From the NCBI GenBank assembly GCA_002245135.1, contig NGBS01001203.1, forward strand, positions 1 to 51,960: a DNA stretch of 51,960 nt, read 5' to 3'. Each line of letters begins with the position of its first letter. Positions within the stretch are counted from its first letter, which is position 1. The notes under the pieces are model-generated. The model saw only the letters and a program-made list of their open reading frames with translations, searched no databases and was not told the DNA's origin. Shown here one piece after another: positions 15,301 through 30,300 of this stretch. The DNA is from Proteromonas lacertae (taxonomy: Eukaryota). A program made the translations under genes and the position numbers.

Positions 15301-18300
15301 ACAGTGATAATTTCAATTATTCAATATATCCATATTTACCACTTGGAATGTTATTTTCTGAAAATGATGGTAAAATAAGTGGAACTCCATCAGTGAAAGA
15401 TGATGAAAGAAAATACCTAGTAAGAATAAATGATAAAAATAATGGTGATGAGTATTATAGTGAAGTAATAATCTCCAGTATCTGAGAATGTTAAAGCCGA
15501 ATTAAAATATGAAAGTGAGTTAATATGTAAAATTGGTGAAGAATTTGAATTTATTCCAATAAAGAATACATGTGAAAGACTGAAAATACTAGAAAAGAGT
15601 GAATTTGTATCAATAGATGAAAATGGTAAAATAAGTGGAAAAAGTTTAGGCGTATATAATGGCTCAATAAAAATGGAATGTATAACATTAATAGAATCCA
15701 AAGTGATTGAATATAATTTGAAAGTGAAAGGATGTGAAAATGAAAAAGAATTTTTAATACTGGAATATTTAATCGAAAGTGACAGTGAAAGTGTATCATT
15801 CGAAATAATAAATGGAGATGAAAGTTTGTATAAAAGTGATAATTCAATAACAATAAATACAATGCATAGTTATATGGGATGTATAAAAAGAGAAAATAGT
15901 AAACTGATAATAAAATCAAAATCTTATTTAGGAGGATGGTATAGATTATATTATGAAAACTACAATCTATTTAAATCAAATTCCTTTTTCAGAGATGAGA
16001 TAGTTGATTTAATAATGATAGAAAATCCATCAATCCTCAAATGAAAAGCCTGTATTAAGTTATAATCCATCTAATTTCGAATTGGTGAAAGGAATAGAAT
16101 ATGAATTTTATCCATCGATAGAAAATGGAGGTAAAATATTTGAAATAGAAAATGAGAATGAAATTCCAAATGGAATGAAAATTGATAAAATAAATGGTTT
16201 AATATCTGGAAGAATAGAATCTGATATAGTTGGATGAATAAAGTGATTAGAATATCTGTAACAAATACAAACAACAACATGACGAGTGAAAAATTAATAA
16301 TCATTTTTTCTTCAATTGAATGTAAATTTTCTTTGTTTGAAGTAAAACTGAAAATTCACGAAGATGATTTGAATTTCATTTCTTATTCAATGAAAAGTGA
16401 TAAGAAAGAATATAAACTGTTTAATAGGAAAGTTGGTGATAATAAAAGAGAATTTTGTGAAGATATAGAAAATGTGAAAGTGGAATTAGGACGAGATGAT
16501 GGAAATAAAGACGCTTGGAAATTTAGTGAATTTGTAATAAGTATAGTTGATGGTGGTGATGTATTTCGAGATAATTATCGAGGAGGAGAAATGAATGTGT
16601 TGAATGTGAATTTAAAGAATTATTTCAAAAGTAGTGATGAATTTAAATACAGTGATGTAAATCCAACAAGTATAGATTGGTTAGAAGGCAAATCAATAGA
16701 AGAATGGAAAGATGTAAATGGTGTAGAACCATTAAATGGAGTGAAAGAAAGATATTATATAAAGAAAATCGAATTTAAAGAATCAACAAATAATTTAACA
16801 TCATTTTATATTCGAATGAAATATTTCGGCAAAGTGATTTTATATATGAATGGAATGAAATTCTATGAAACTAATCCAAACTATGCTGTTGCATACTTCT
16901 GTGAATGATTTTGAATATTATAAGATAAGTGGATCAATCAGTTTACTAGAAAGAAATAATTCTAACTATTTAGGAATAATATATGAGAATATTTATAATT
17001 ATGCTGGAGTTGATATAATTGAATTGAAAGAAATGATTTTAATATCTGGAATTGATTCTTGTAGTTATTCAATCTATGAAGATTATGATAATAGTTATGT
17101 GTATGAGAATATAGCAAGTGTTAATAATACTCAGTATCATGAACCAGTGTATAATGCATTTAAACATTTACGAGGATGGATCAAAATCAACATGGCAGTA
17201 TGTGAATATAAGTCAATTAATTCAATTTGGAATGAAATTTTCTAACTATGAATCAAAATGGTTTAATGGAGTAATAATCAAAACAGGAACTACAAAAGAT
17301 AGATATGCAGTAGATTGGAAATTAAATGTAAGAATAAATTCCACCACTCAAAAGACAATACTTGAAAGAAATGGAGATAATCAAGATGTATTTGCAACTG
17401 GATATGTAACCAAGTATTTTTCATCTGATAATAATGATGATTATATGAGTTATAATGGAATTGAATTATATATAAGTAAACATGGAATTGATGGATTTGA
17501 AACAACAGAAATCTCTCCATTAAGTTGTAAAAATTCTTGTTTTAAAGAAGGTGAATGGAAATCAATATCAAAAGGAAAGACTAATTATGTATTATGTGAA
17601 AATAATAAAGCTGGATTTAAATCTCGAAGATGTGGTGAAGATTTAGAATGGGAAAGTGAAAATGATAGTGAATGTATTGATGCTTTGTTAGATTTAGAAA
17701 ATGAATGGGAATATTCAAATGTATATCATAATTCTCTTTGGACTGATATGAATTATTATGATGATATAAAATGGAATAAATATAGAATAAATGAATTTCC
17801 AATGAAAACCAAAATTACTTCATATTATAAAACCAATTTGACAATTGATGAAGATTTAAATGAAATTGGAATTCCTGACATGTATGTTCGATATGAATGT
17901 GGAATAATGATATTTATGAACAATAAAGAAATTTATCGAAATAACATGCCAATAGGAGAAATCGATGGAGAAACGTATGGATTAAATACCGAAAATGGAT
18001 TGATATATAAGAAAATCTCAATTCCTGCAACTGTAATTCAAAGTGGCTTGAATGAAATAAAAGTAGAAATTCACAAATGTGAATCTAGTTTAAAGAATGA
18101 AATCGATATATTTTCATTAACAATATCAAAAACAACAATATCTTCTAGTGGATTGAGTGTATGTAAAAGTATAGATCCAATTCCATCAATGTTTGAAGGT
18201 GGTGAATATTTTGACAAATGTGAAGGAGATAAAATAGGAAAAAGAAAGATGGTATGTGAGAATAGTGGTAAATGGAGTGAATTTGATAATAGTGAATGTG

Positions 18301-21300
18301 TTGAATCAATACTAAATTTGAATAGTTTATGGGAATATTCAAGTGAAGACAATGTTGAATCAAATTGGAATAATGAGTATTCTAATGATTGGCCAGAATA
18401 TAAATTCAAAGAATTCCCAATTAAAACCACAACCACTACCTATTATCGAAATGAATTTAAAATATCAGAATCATTAAATGAGTTTGGTCATCTTGAATTA
18501 ATAATTCGATATAAATATGGAATAATGATCTATATAAATGGAAATGAAATATTTCGACGAAATATGAATAATAATGGTATAACAAGCAGTGATAAAGCTA
18601 TAAAATCGTTTATTGGATTAACAGAAGAAAGAATCTCAATTCCCTCTAAATTGATAAGATATGGAAATAATAAGATAGGAATCGAAATTCATAAATGTAA
18701 TCAAAGTTCATTATCTCAAATTGATTTCTTTTATGTGACATTAACAAAGACAGAAAAGATAATTTCAAATGTATTAATAACTCCCAAAGATGATATTGAT
18801 TATTTATTAAAACCTATAAATCCTAACACTAATATAGAAGAAAAGGAAGGAATAAAAGACTTTGATAATATAGAAAGTATGGTAAAATATCAAGCTTCTA
18901 CTTCAAATACAAATGATGTATTTCCATTTTCAATAATATTTACATTTCGAAATCATGAAGCAAGATATTTCAATCAATTTGAAATAAGTGGTTGTACAAA
19001 TGATTTTAATACTCATCCAAAACATATAAATATATTTGGTTCAACAGATAGTGATAATCCAAATTGGATAGAATTATATGAAAATGAAGATTTAGGATTG
19101 TCAGATAACAATGGTTGTCCAAAGAAATCAACATATTCATTACCAGTTTTAAAATCATTTGAATCAATAAAATTTGAAATACGTGCAGTTTCTAGTTTTA
19201 GTGGTTGGATTCAATTTCGATTATTAACATTTAATGAAATTCCAGTAATTGCTTGTCCTGCTATTAATGAATATCCATCAATATATGGAAATGAAATAGC
19301 TAATATAACATGTTCTGGAAGAGGTTATAAAACTCGAAAATGTAATGAAAATGGTGTTTGGAGTGGAACAATCGATTTGAGTAAGTGTGAAGAAAATATC
19401 TTATATTTATCGACTTATCCATATACATCAAAGAGTATTAGTTTTGATCAAAAGATCTTATCTGTAACACCAATAACATCCTATTTTAGTTATAATGAGA
19501 GTAGTTTAACCTTAATAAGTAATAGTAGTGAAGAATTTGTGAATAAAATAACATTGAAATTAGAAAATGAAAAATCGTATTTTGTATATGTGAGTGTAAT
19601 TCGAAGAGAGATTGAATGTAATTATGGAGTTGATTATATTCGAATATATAATATGTATTATGATTTAAAATTGATATGTAACATAAATCCATCTGATATA
19701 ATAGTAGATGGATTACCTGATGGTTTAATTGCAGATGAGAATGGAAGAATAAGTGGAATGATAAAAGATGCAACAGGTGTAGATCCAATAACAACAACAA
19801 TAAGTTATGAATGTGATAAACATATATCAATTAGATTAGAATGGTTAAGAAAAGAGAAAGATTTAACTTTTGGATTAGAATTTATAAATCAAAATGAATC
19901 AAATCAAGAATCTGGTCAAAATGATCTTGGAGGTCATAGTTGGAAAGAGTATTATGAAATGTTTGATAATGGAACATATAAAGTGTATGATAAATCAACA
20001 ATTACATCAACAGAAGTAATTACATCAGTAGCAGATTCATCAAATTGTAGTAATGATTGGTGGAATCCATGTTTTAATGAACTTGCTCGAATGAGAGGAT
20101 ATTTATTTATAGATTCTGATGGATCTTATCAATTTGGTGGATGTGGAGATGATGATGAAATGATGGCATTTATAAAGTTTGATAAAGAAGTTTATAGATA
20201 TAATTATGGACAATGTCAATCATTTACATCAACATATGAGTTGAAAAAAGGATATTATCCAATTAGTTATATTCATTGGAATGGTGGTGGTGGTAATTAT
20301 TTCAAAGCTTATATTAAGAAATCAGGAAATGAAAAAACAAATTTAGATGGAAAAATATTTAGTGGTGGATTTATTTTATCTCATTTATCATATGGAACAA
20401 ATACAATAGAATATAATGAAGGAATAAATCAAATAATTTTACCTAATTATGATGGTATAATATCTGATTGGAAAATGGAACCTTCAATCGATGGAATAAC
20501 TATTCGAAAAGATGGTGCAATAATTGGATATCCTACAAACTGTGATGATGAATTTAAAGCCTTTAATATAAGTTCAATAAGTGATATTAATATAACCAAA
20601 TCCACTTCAAAAATGCAAATGATTTGTCACAGTAATAATAATAATAAAGATAATAAAAAGAAAAATGGATTATTAGTAAAATATTATATAGGTGATGAAA
20701 TAAATGTAGATTCGTTTATCGAACCAACTATGATAGTTGGATCAAAACTGATGATATATCGAATAGAGAAAGAAAATATATATCACAATGAAAGTGATAA
20801 TATATGGACAGGATTATTATTAACAATGTCTGAATTATTTGTAGCAAAATATAGTGGTTATATAAAAATACCAGATGGTGGAAGTTATTCATTTAAATTG
20901 AAATGCTATGATTATTGTCGAGTCAAAATTGGAGATGAAGAAATAGAATTGACTGGAAGTGGATATCATGAAATTACAAGAGAAATAATATTATCAGCAG
21001 AATTATATAAATATGAGATGAATTATGCCAAAGGAGTTGGTTTAAGAAAACAATTAGAATTAGAATATTCAATAGATGGAAGTTCATATACTATAGTTCC
21101 AAATGGTTGGTTATTTGTAGATAATCCATATCCATTTGTTTATCAATCAATAATCAATCATTATATTCAAGACCAACCAATAGATGATAATATTTTAGTT
21201 TCTTATATGTCAAACAGTGATAATTTCAATTATTCAATATATCCATATTTACCACTTGGAATGTTATTTTCTGAAAATGATGGTAAAATAAGTGGAACTC

Positions 21301-24300
21301 CATCAGTGAAAGATGATGAAAGAAAATACCTAGTAAGAATAAATGATAAAAATAATGGTGATGAGTATTATAGTGAAGTAATAATCTCCGTATCTGAGAA
21401 TGTTAAAGCCGAATTGAAATATGAAAGTGAGTTAATATGTAAAATTGGTGAAGAATTTGAATTTATTCCAATAAAGAATACATGTGAAAGACTGAAAATA
21501 CTAGAAAAGAGTGAATTTGTATCAATAGATGAAAATGGTAAAATAAGTGGAAAAAGTTTAGGCGTATATAATGGCTCAATAAAAATGGAATGTATAACAT
21601 TAATAGAATCCAAAATGCTTGAATATAATTTGAAAGTGAATGGATGTGAAAATGAAAAAGAATTTTTAATACTGGAATATTTAATCGAAAGTGACAGTGA
21701 AAGTGTATCATTCGAAATAATAAATGGAGATGAAAGTTTGTATAAAAGTGATAATTCAATAACAATAAATACAATGCATAGTTATATGGGATGTATAAAA
21801 AGAGAAAATAGTAAACTGATAATAAAATCAAAATCTTATTTAGGAGGATGGTATAGATTATATTATGAAAACTACAATCTATTTAAATCAAATTCCTTTT
21901 TAGAGATGAGATAGTTGATTTAATAATGATAAAAAATCCATCAACCTCAAATGAAAAGCCTGTATTAAGTTATAATCCATCTAATTTCGAATTGGTGAAA
22001 GGAATAGAATATGAATTTTATCCATCGATAGAAAATGGAGGTAAAATATTTGAAATAGAAAATGAGAATGAAATTCCAAATGGAATGAAAATTGATAAAA
22101 TAAATGGTTTAATATCTGGAAGAATAGAATCTGATATAGTTGATGAAAAAGTGATTAGAATATCTGTAACAAATACAAACAACAACATGACGAGTAAAAA
22201 ATTAACAATCAATTTTTCTTCAATTGAATGTAAATTTTCTTTGTTTGAAGTAAAACTGAAAATTCACGAAGATGATTTGAATTTCATTTCTTATTCAATG
22301 AAAAGTGATAAGAAAGAATATAAACTGTTTAATAGGAAAGTTGGTGATAATAAAAGAGAATTTTGTGAAGATATAGAAAATGTGAAAGTGGAATTAGGAC
22401 GAGATGATGGAAATAAAGACGCTTGGAAATTTAGTGAATTTGTAATAAGTATAGTTGATGGTGGTGATGTATTTCGAGATAATTATCGAGGAGGAGAAAT
22501 GAATGTGTTGAATGTGAATTTAAAGAATTATTTCAAAAGTAGTGATGAATTTAAATACAGTGATGTAAATCCAACAAGTATAGATTGGTTAGAAGGCAAA
22601 TCAATAGAAGAATGGAAAGATGTAAATGGTGTAGAACCATTAAATGGAGTGAAAGAAAGATATTATATAAAGAAAATCGAATTTAAAGAATCAACAAATA
22701 ATTTAACATCATTTTATATTCGAATGAAATATTTCGGCAAAGTGATTTTATATATGAATGGAATGAAATTCTATGAAACTAATCCAAACTATGCTGTTGC
22801 TACTTCTGTGAATGATTTTGAATATTATAAGATAAGTGGATCAATCAGTTTACTAGAAAGAAATAATTCTAACTATTTAGGAATAATATATGAGAATATT
22901 TATAATTATGCTGGAGTTGATATAATTGAATTGAAAGAAATGTTTTTAATATCTGGAATTGATTCTTGTAGTTATTCAATCTATGAAGATTATGATAATA
23001 GTTATGTGTATGAGAATATAGCAAGTGTTAATAATACTCAGTATCATGAACCAGTGTATAATGCATTTAAACATTTAAGGGATGGATCAAAATCAACATG
23101 GCAGTATGGAAATATAAGTCAATTAATTCAATTTGGAATGAAATTTTCTAACTATGAATCAAAATGGTTTAATGGAGTAATAATCAAAACAGGAACTACA
23201 AAAGATAGATATGCAGTAGATTGGAAATTAAATGTAAGAATAAATTCCACCACTCAAAAGACAATACTTGAAAGAAATGGAGATAATCAAGATGTATTTG
23301 CAACTGGATATGTAACCAAGTATTTTTCATCTGATAATAATGATGATTATATGAGTTATAATGGAATTGAATTATATATAAGTAAAACATGGGAATTGAT
23401 GGATTTTGAAACAACAGAAATCTCTCCATTAAGTTGTAAAAATTCTTGTTTTAAAGAAGGTGAATGGAAATCAATATCAAGAGGTGAAATAAGAAATGTA
23501 AAATGTGGAATAAATACTGATGCATATAAAACAAGAAAATGTAATGATGATTTAGAATGGGAAAATGAAATAGATGATAGAATGTGTAATGCAAAATGTA
23601 TGAAAGATGTTTATGGTTTAAATATTACAACTAATGCTGGAACAAAAGTAAATATTACTTGTCCAATTGGTATTGATGGAAATTGGATTGCTTATTGTGA
23701 TGCGACTATAAATCCATCATTTATAAGCATTCAAGATAATTGTTATGATGTCAGATATGAAATGATTTATTATATTGAAAAAGAGAATAATATAAATATT
23801 TCTCCAATAATAATAGGAAATATTCCATCATTAGAATTTACATTATTATCAAATCCAAATTACATTAGTATTGATGTTACAAGTGGAATAATTAGTGGAA
23901 GTATTCCTTCAGAAATGACAGATGGAGTAATAAGAATAGAAGTTAATATAAAACCAAGAAATATTAATTATACAATAGATATAGTAGTGAAAAGTGAAAA
24001 TCAGAATAATGACTTTTATCAGTTATTAGTATCAGAGAGTGAAAAAGTTGCAATTGATAAATCAGTATATAATTGATATGGATATTTGGAAAAGTCCAAG
24101 TAATGATGAAATGAAATTCAAAGAGTTGAATGGAAATGGAGAAAATACAAAAATAATATTGAAATATTATCTTCACCAAAATTTCAATAACAGTAATAGT
24201 CTAATAGAAAATATAAAGAATAAAATAATGAAACATATTCATATCAATGTGAATATATATGGATATGATGGTGATTCAAAGATAGAATCAAAATCAATAT

Positions 24301-27300
24301 TTAAATCAATAGAGAACAGTTATTTATATGATATAGAAATGAAAATAGAGGATGATATTGAAATAATAGTTGATAATGATAATAATGAAAATGGATTGTT
24401 ATTTAATTCTTTAACCAATTCCATATTATTACATGTTGGAATAATAAGTGAAAAGTCAGTAAAAATCAATATAAACAATGATAATGTAATATATGGTTTA
24501 ATAAGTGGCAAATTAGATAATGATAATAATAATAATAAAAATGGTGAGAAAGAAATAAGTGGAATATTTGTAAAGGTGAATAAATATTCAATAGAATCAA
24601 GAAATAAGAATGTGAAGAATGGTTTATTATTTGGTGAAGTAAAAGATTTAAAACTCTCTTACAGTTTCATCGATGTAAATGAGATGAGTGTGAATGTTAA
24701 AAGTGGAAGTGTTAGTTTAACAATAGTAAGTGGAATATCAAATAGTAAAATTGAATATTATCGATGTTTTACATTAATTGGAAATACAGTGAATATAGAA
24801 AGTGAAGATGAGTTGTTATTCAGTCCATACTTAAATGAAGGAGAAAATGAATTATTGATTGATGAAAGTTGGAATGAATTGAAAATAGGCAAATTATCTG
24901 GTGAAATTGAGATATTGTGGTTTTAATTGTCTATCAAATACAAATAACAATGAGAATATGAAAATGTTATTATCGAATAGTTATATAAATTATCATTTTA
25001 ATGAAAATCCATCAAAAGCCATAAATGTTTATGTAATATCAAAATATTCAAATTCAAAATCTTCAATTTCAAATATTTATATATCAATCACTTCTAAGAG
25101 TGATGTTTCACTTTCCAATATAAATGGATTTGATTTTAATAAAGATGAAAATGGTTCAAAACTAGATGTAATAGAAAGTGTGTATATAGAACATTCAACT
25201 TCAATCAGTATAACAAATTCATATAATGATGAAAGAATAAAGATAGTTAATGAAAATGACAGTGATGTGAGAGAAAAACCATATAAATATCTAAATGGAT
25301 TTTATACAATAGATTCAAAATTATACTATTCGAAAATGATAAAGTATAATGGAAATAAACTGGATAGATGAATATGGAATATTTGAGAATGTGGATATTA
25401 CATTTAGAAATGATAATTCAATTGAAAAACCATCAACAATCAAGTCAATATGGATAAGGAATGAAGATCCTTATAGTTTTATTTACACAATCAAACCATA
25501 TTCACTATATTTCTTATCAAAAGAATCCCAAGAAGTTACAATCTCAGTATCATCATCAACATCTGATTGTATTTCATTTGATTCTAAATCAATTGTTTTA
25601 ACATCTCCACTTCAAATCAATTATCAATCTAATAACAAAATTGCAATGAATATAGACAAATGTAATAACAAAGCATATTCTAATCATGAAATAGAAATAA
25701 AAGGTTCAGGAAATAGTTATACACAGTCATTAACATTAGAAATAATAAATGATGAAATTAAACCAGAATATGAAACAGATATGAAAGATAATATAGACTT
25801 AGAGAGTGGATTTTATATTCAATTTTCATTACCATATCCATCAAAAGTAGAATTAATAAATGTAATGAATAAAGATAAGAATGAAGAATCAAAAGAATTA
25901 ATAGTGGATGAATGGATCATGTTGAAATGAAATATGAACTGGATAATTATTTATATAAAATGAACTTGAAAAGTGGAAATGTTTCAATTCCAACAAATGT
26001 AGAGTTTATATTGAATGTGATATTTGATAATAATGGCTATAAGATGAAAGAATATAATTATTCCTTATCTACCACAATTCAACCAATATGTGCATATTCA
26101 TTTAATTATAGTGAAAATAATATATTAATAAAAGGTGAACAATTTTCAATATCTCCTGAATATGAAGGATATGGAGGTGTATTTTCTATTATAGATCAAT
26201 CTACCAAATCTTTATTAGAATCTATAGGAATAATGTTTGATGAAAAGAGTGGAATATTTTCAGGAATACCAAATCAATACACTTGAAGAAATTGAAATCG
26301 AAGTAAAAATGAAGAATTATAAATATGAATTTAATACTAAACTGAAAATAGAAGTAATATACCCTCCACCAAATCAATTGAAATATGAAAATGAAAGTTA
26401 TGAAATAATATTAAATGAAATATTTGAAATAAAACCATCTGAATGGGATGATAAAGTAGAAGCAAAGTTTTCATATGAATCGAATATAAATCTGGAAGAT
26501 TATAATATAACATTGAATAATGAGAATGGTATAATAAGTGGAATTCCAACAGAATTATTAAATAGAACTGAAATCAGAATAATATTGAAGAATAGAGGAG
26601 GAAATATATCATTTATATTGAATTTGTCAATTACATATCCACCATTGTCAAGAATAAGTTATGATAAAGAAAAGATAGGAGTATTAGATGCTTATTTTGA
26701 ATATAAACCAAATTATGAACATCCAGATCCTTCAGTGAAATATAAAATGAATAAAGAAGATTTAAATATTTTGCGTGATGCTGAGTTGACATTTAATGAA
26801 TCCAATGGAATAATAAGTGGATTTCCAATTATTGAAATAAATAAAATGTTGAAAATAAAGATAACAAGTGATAATGATAAAGAAGGAATAGAAATAGAAA
26901 TATCAGTCATTATTAACACATTACCTCCTGAAGTATATTATGAAAACTCAACCATGAAAGTATATTATAATGTTTCATTTATTTACAAACCAATTTCAAT
27001 TGTAATGAAACAAAATATATATTTTGTAAGTGAAGAAGATGAAAAAATATTAGAAGAATACAATATGAAATTGAATAACAAAACAGGTGAAATCTCAGGA
27101 AAACCAATGAAATTAACAGATAAAACAAAAGATGTGATTATAAGAATAAACGTGAATAATACAGTTGGTTCAAATTCAACAATTTTGAAAATAGTGGTAG
27201 TTTATTCCCCACCAACAGTTTTAGAATATCCTAAAGATAATTTGAAGATATTTGTAGATGAAGAATTTGAGTTAAAGCCATGCAAAGTAGTGGGAGAAAT

Positions 27301-30300
27301 AGATATAAAATTCAGATTAGAATCTAAAGAAACAGATATATTTGATAAATATAATATTACAATAGATGAAAATGATGGAACAATTCGTGGATTATCTCAT
27401 GAAGTGATATATGATCCAATTGAAATAAGCATAACAGCATATAATGAAGAAGGGTCAATTAGTTTCAAAATGAATTTCACAGTAGTTTATCCAATTCCAT
27501 TTGAGTTTTCAAGTGAAGAAGTATCTTATTTGTATAACACAATTACCTCATTTGAAACAAAAGAAATTAAAACCAAATATTCTGGAAAAGATTTGAATAT
27601 AAAATATGAATGTTCACCAGATCCTAATGATTATAAATTGAAGTTTAATGAAACAAATGGCATAATAAGTGGATTATTGAATATAGCAAATACATATAAT
27701 TTCACAATATCAGCATCTAATTTAGAAGGTAAATCTTCTGAATCGATAAGAATCTCAATTCGAATTCGAAATGTGAAATGTAGTAAACTTGAATATTCCT
27801 CTTCGAATTATACATTTTATGAATATGAAAGTGTAGTGAAAATACCTAGTCCCGAATCTGATACAATGATTGATTACTATGAGATGTTAGAAGAATCAAA
27901 ACTTGAATCTTATGGATTAAAATTCAATAAATCAACTGGTGAAATAAGTGGTGTCAGTGGAAAAAGAACTCGAGGAGAGGTTTTCAGAATATTTGGAATA
28001 AATGAAGATGGAAATTGTTCAACTCAAATCACAATAATAATTAAGATTCGTCCACCAACAGTTTTAGAATATTCTACAAATAATTTGAAAGTATATATTG
28101 GTGAAGAATTTGAATTAAAACCAAGTAAAATAGTTGGTAAAACTGATATAAAATTCAGATTAGAATCTAAAGAAACAGATATATTTGATAAATATAATAT
28201 TACAATAGATGAAAATGATGGAACAATTCGTGGATTATCTCATGAAGTGATATATGATCCAATTGAAATAAGCATAACAGCATATAATGAAGAAGGGTCA
28301 ATTAGTTTCAAAATGAATTTCACAGTAGTTTATCCAATTCCATTTGAGTTTTCAAGTGAAGAAGTATCTTATTTGTATAACACAATTACCTCATTTGAAA
28401 CAAAAGAAATTAAAACCAAATATTCTGGAAAAGATTTGAATATAAAATATGAATGTTCACCAGATCCTAATGATTATAAATTGAAGTTTAATGAAACAAA
28501 TGGCATAATAAGTGGATTATTGAATATAGCAAATACATATAATTTCACAATATCAGCATCTAATTTAGAAGGTAAATCTTCTGAATCGATAAGAATCTCA
28601 ATTCGAATTCGAAATGTGAAATGTAGTAAACTTGAATATTCCTCTTCGAATTATACATTTTATGAATATGAAAGTGTAGTGAAAATACCTAGTCCCGAAT
28701 CTGATACAATGATTGATTACTATGAGATGTTAGAAGAATCAAAACTTGAATCTTATGGATTAAAATTCAATAAATTAACTGGTGAAATTACTGGATTTTG
28801 TATAAATAGAACTCGAGGAGAGATTTTCAAAATATTTGGAATAAATGAAGATGGAAATTGTTCAACTCAAATCACAATAATGATAACTATCCCTCCACCA
28901 CCATTTTATGGGTATGAAAATAATAATGTAATAATATTTAAGAGAACAAGAGAAAGCAGATCCTCAAATCCAATATTAAAGTTTAATAACAATACAGTGA
29001 ATGAAATCGATGGTTATAGATTGAATGTGACAGACGATGTGTTGAAAGAGTATAATATAATATTTAACAAGAGTAGTGGTGTGTTCAGTGGAATGAGTGA
29101 AAAGAATGGATATATGTATATCGAAGTAACAGCTTATAACTATGCAGGAGATAAAATGCAGAATGTAATATTGAATATAACAGATCCAATTCCTAACTCA
29201 TTGAATTACAGTAATGCTTTGATAGACAGAAAGTTTTATGTTGGAAAGAGTCATTCAATTGAACCATTAGAATATGATCGATCAATATTGTACTTTGAAA
29301 TAGAACCGCTAGAGAAATTAAGTGAATATGAATTGATATTTGATAAAATAAGTGGAAGAATAAGTGGAAATATTTCCTCTCCATTTGAATTTACAACCTT
29401 TACAATATTTGGATGTAATAATAATCCCGAAAATGTAAAATTGAATTACTCCTTAGAATTAATAGGCAAACATCCTCCACCTGTTTATATAGAATATAAT
29501 CCTAATTATTTATCTGTTTATATAAATGTAACATTCACATTTGACAATCCAAGAGTGATTGGTAATTATACCTCATTTGAAATAGATAGTTTAGATAAAT
29601 ATGAAAATGGAAACGTGAAATTTGATAGTAAGACTGGTAATTTTAGTGGTTATTATACAGTTTATTATGAAACTCCAATAGTGTTTATAATCTATGTAAT
29701 GAATGATGAAGGAAATGCTTCAACAAGTGTTAGTTTACAAGTATTATCACCTCCACCTTCTTCAATTGAATATAATCAAAGTGTTTATTATTGTATTCAG
29801 TTGTTAGATTGTGTAATACCCAAACCAACAATGGGAGATTTAGATAAAATCGATGGTTATTCAACGAATGATACAATATCAGAATATGGCTTAATATTGA
29901 ATAAAGTAGATGGATCTATAAATGGAATAGTAAATACAAAATATTTAGGTTTTATCTATTTGAATATAACAGCTTATAATTTAGCTGGTTTAATATCCAC
30001 AACTATAACAATAAAGATAATACGAAATGAACATGAAAGTGTTACTCCAGCTCCAATACCAAGTATTGAACCACCAACACCTCCACCTGAAAATGTAATA
30101 GAAGAAGTGAATGAAATGTTTAACCATGAAACTGTTTCTAGTTTTGTCAATGAAAATCCAATGATATTAAAGAGATTGGTTTGTAATTCAAATACAACTG
30201 ATTATTATGAAGATCTGATTAGAATAGAGGGAAAATTACCATCTATTTTTAGTATAGATGATGAAATAATGTTTATGAAATATCCAATCAGAAAATATAT

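Noticed and set aside
12975..19202. Diversity-generating retroelement as the cause of the variable patches
   Set aside because: No reverse transcriptase or template repeat in the window; differences are not limited to adenines and include an indel.
11064..23410. Mini-introns or programmed frameshifting explaining the ORF breaks
   Set aside because: Sister repeat copies differ by 1-nt indels at these points and stay open; no consistent GT-AG intron or slippery site seen.
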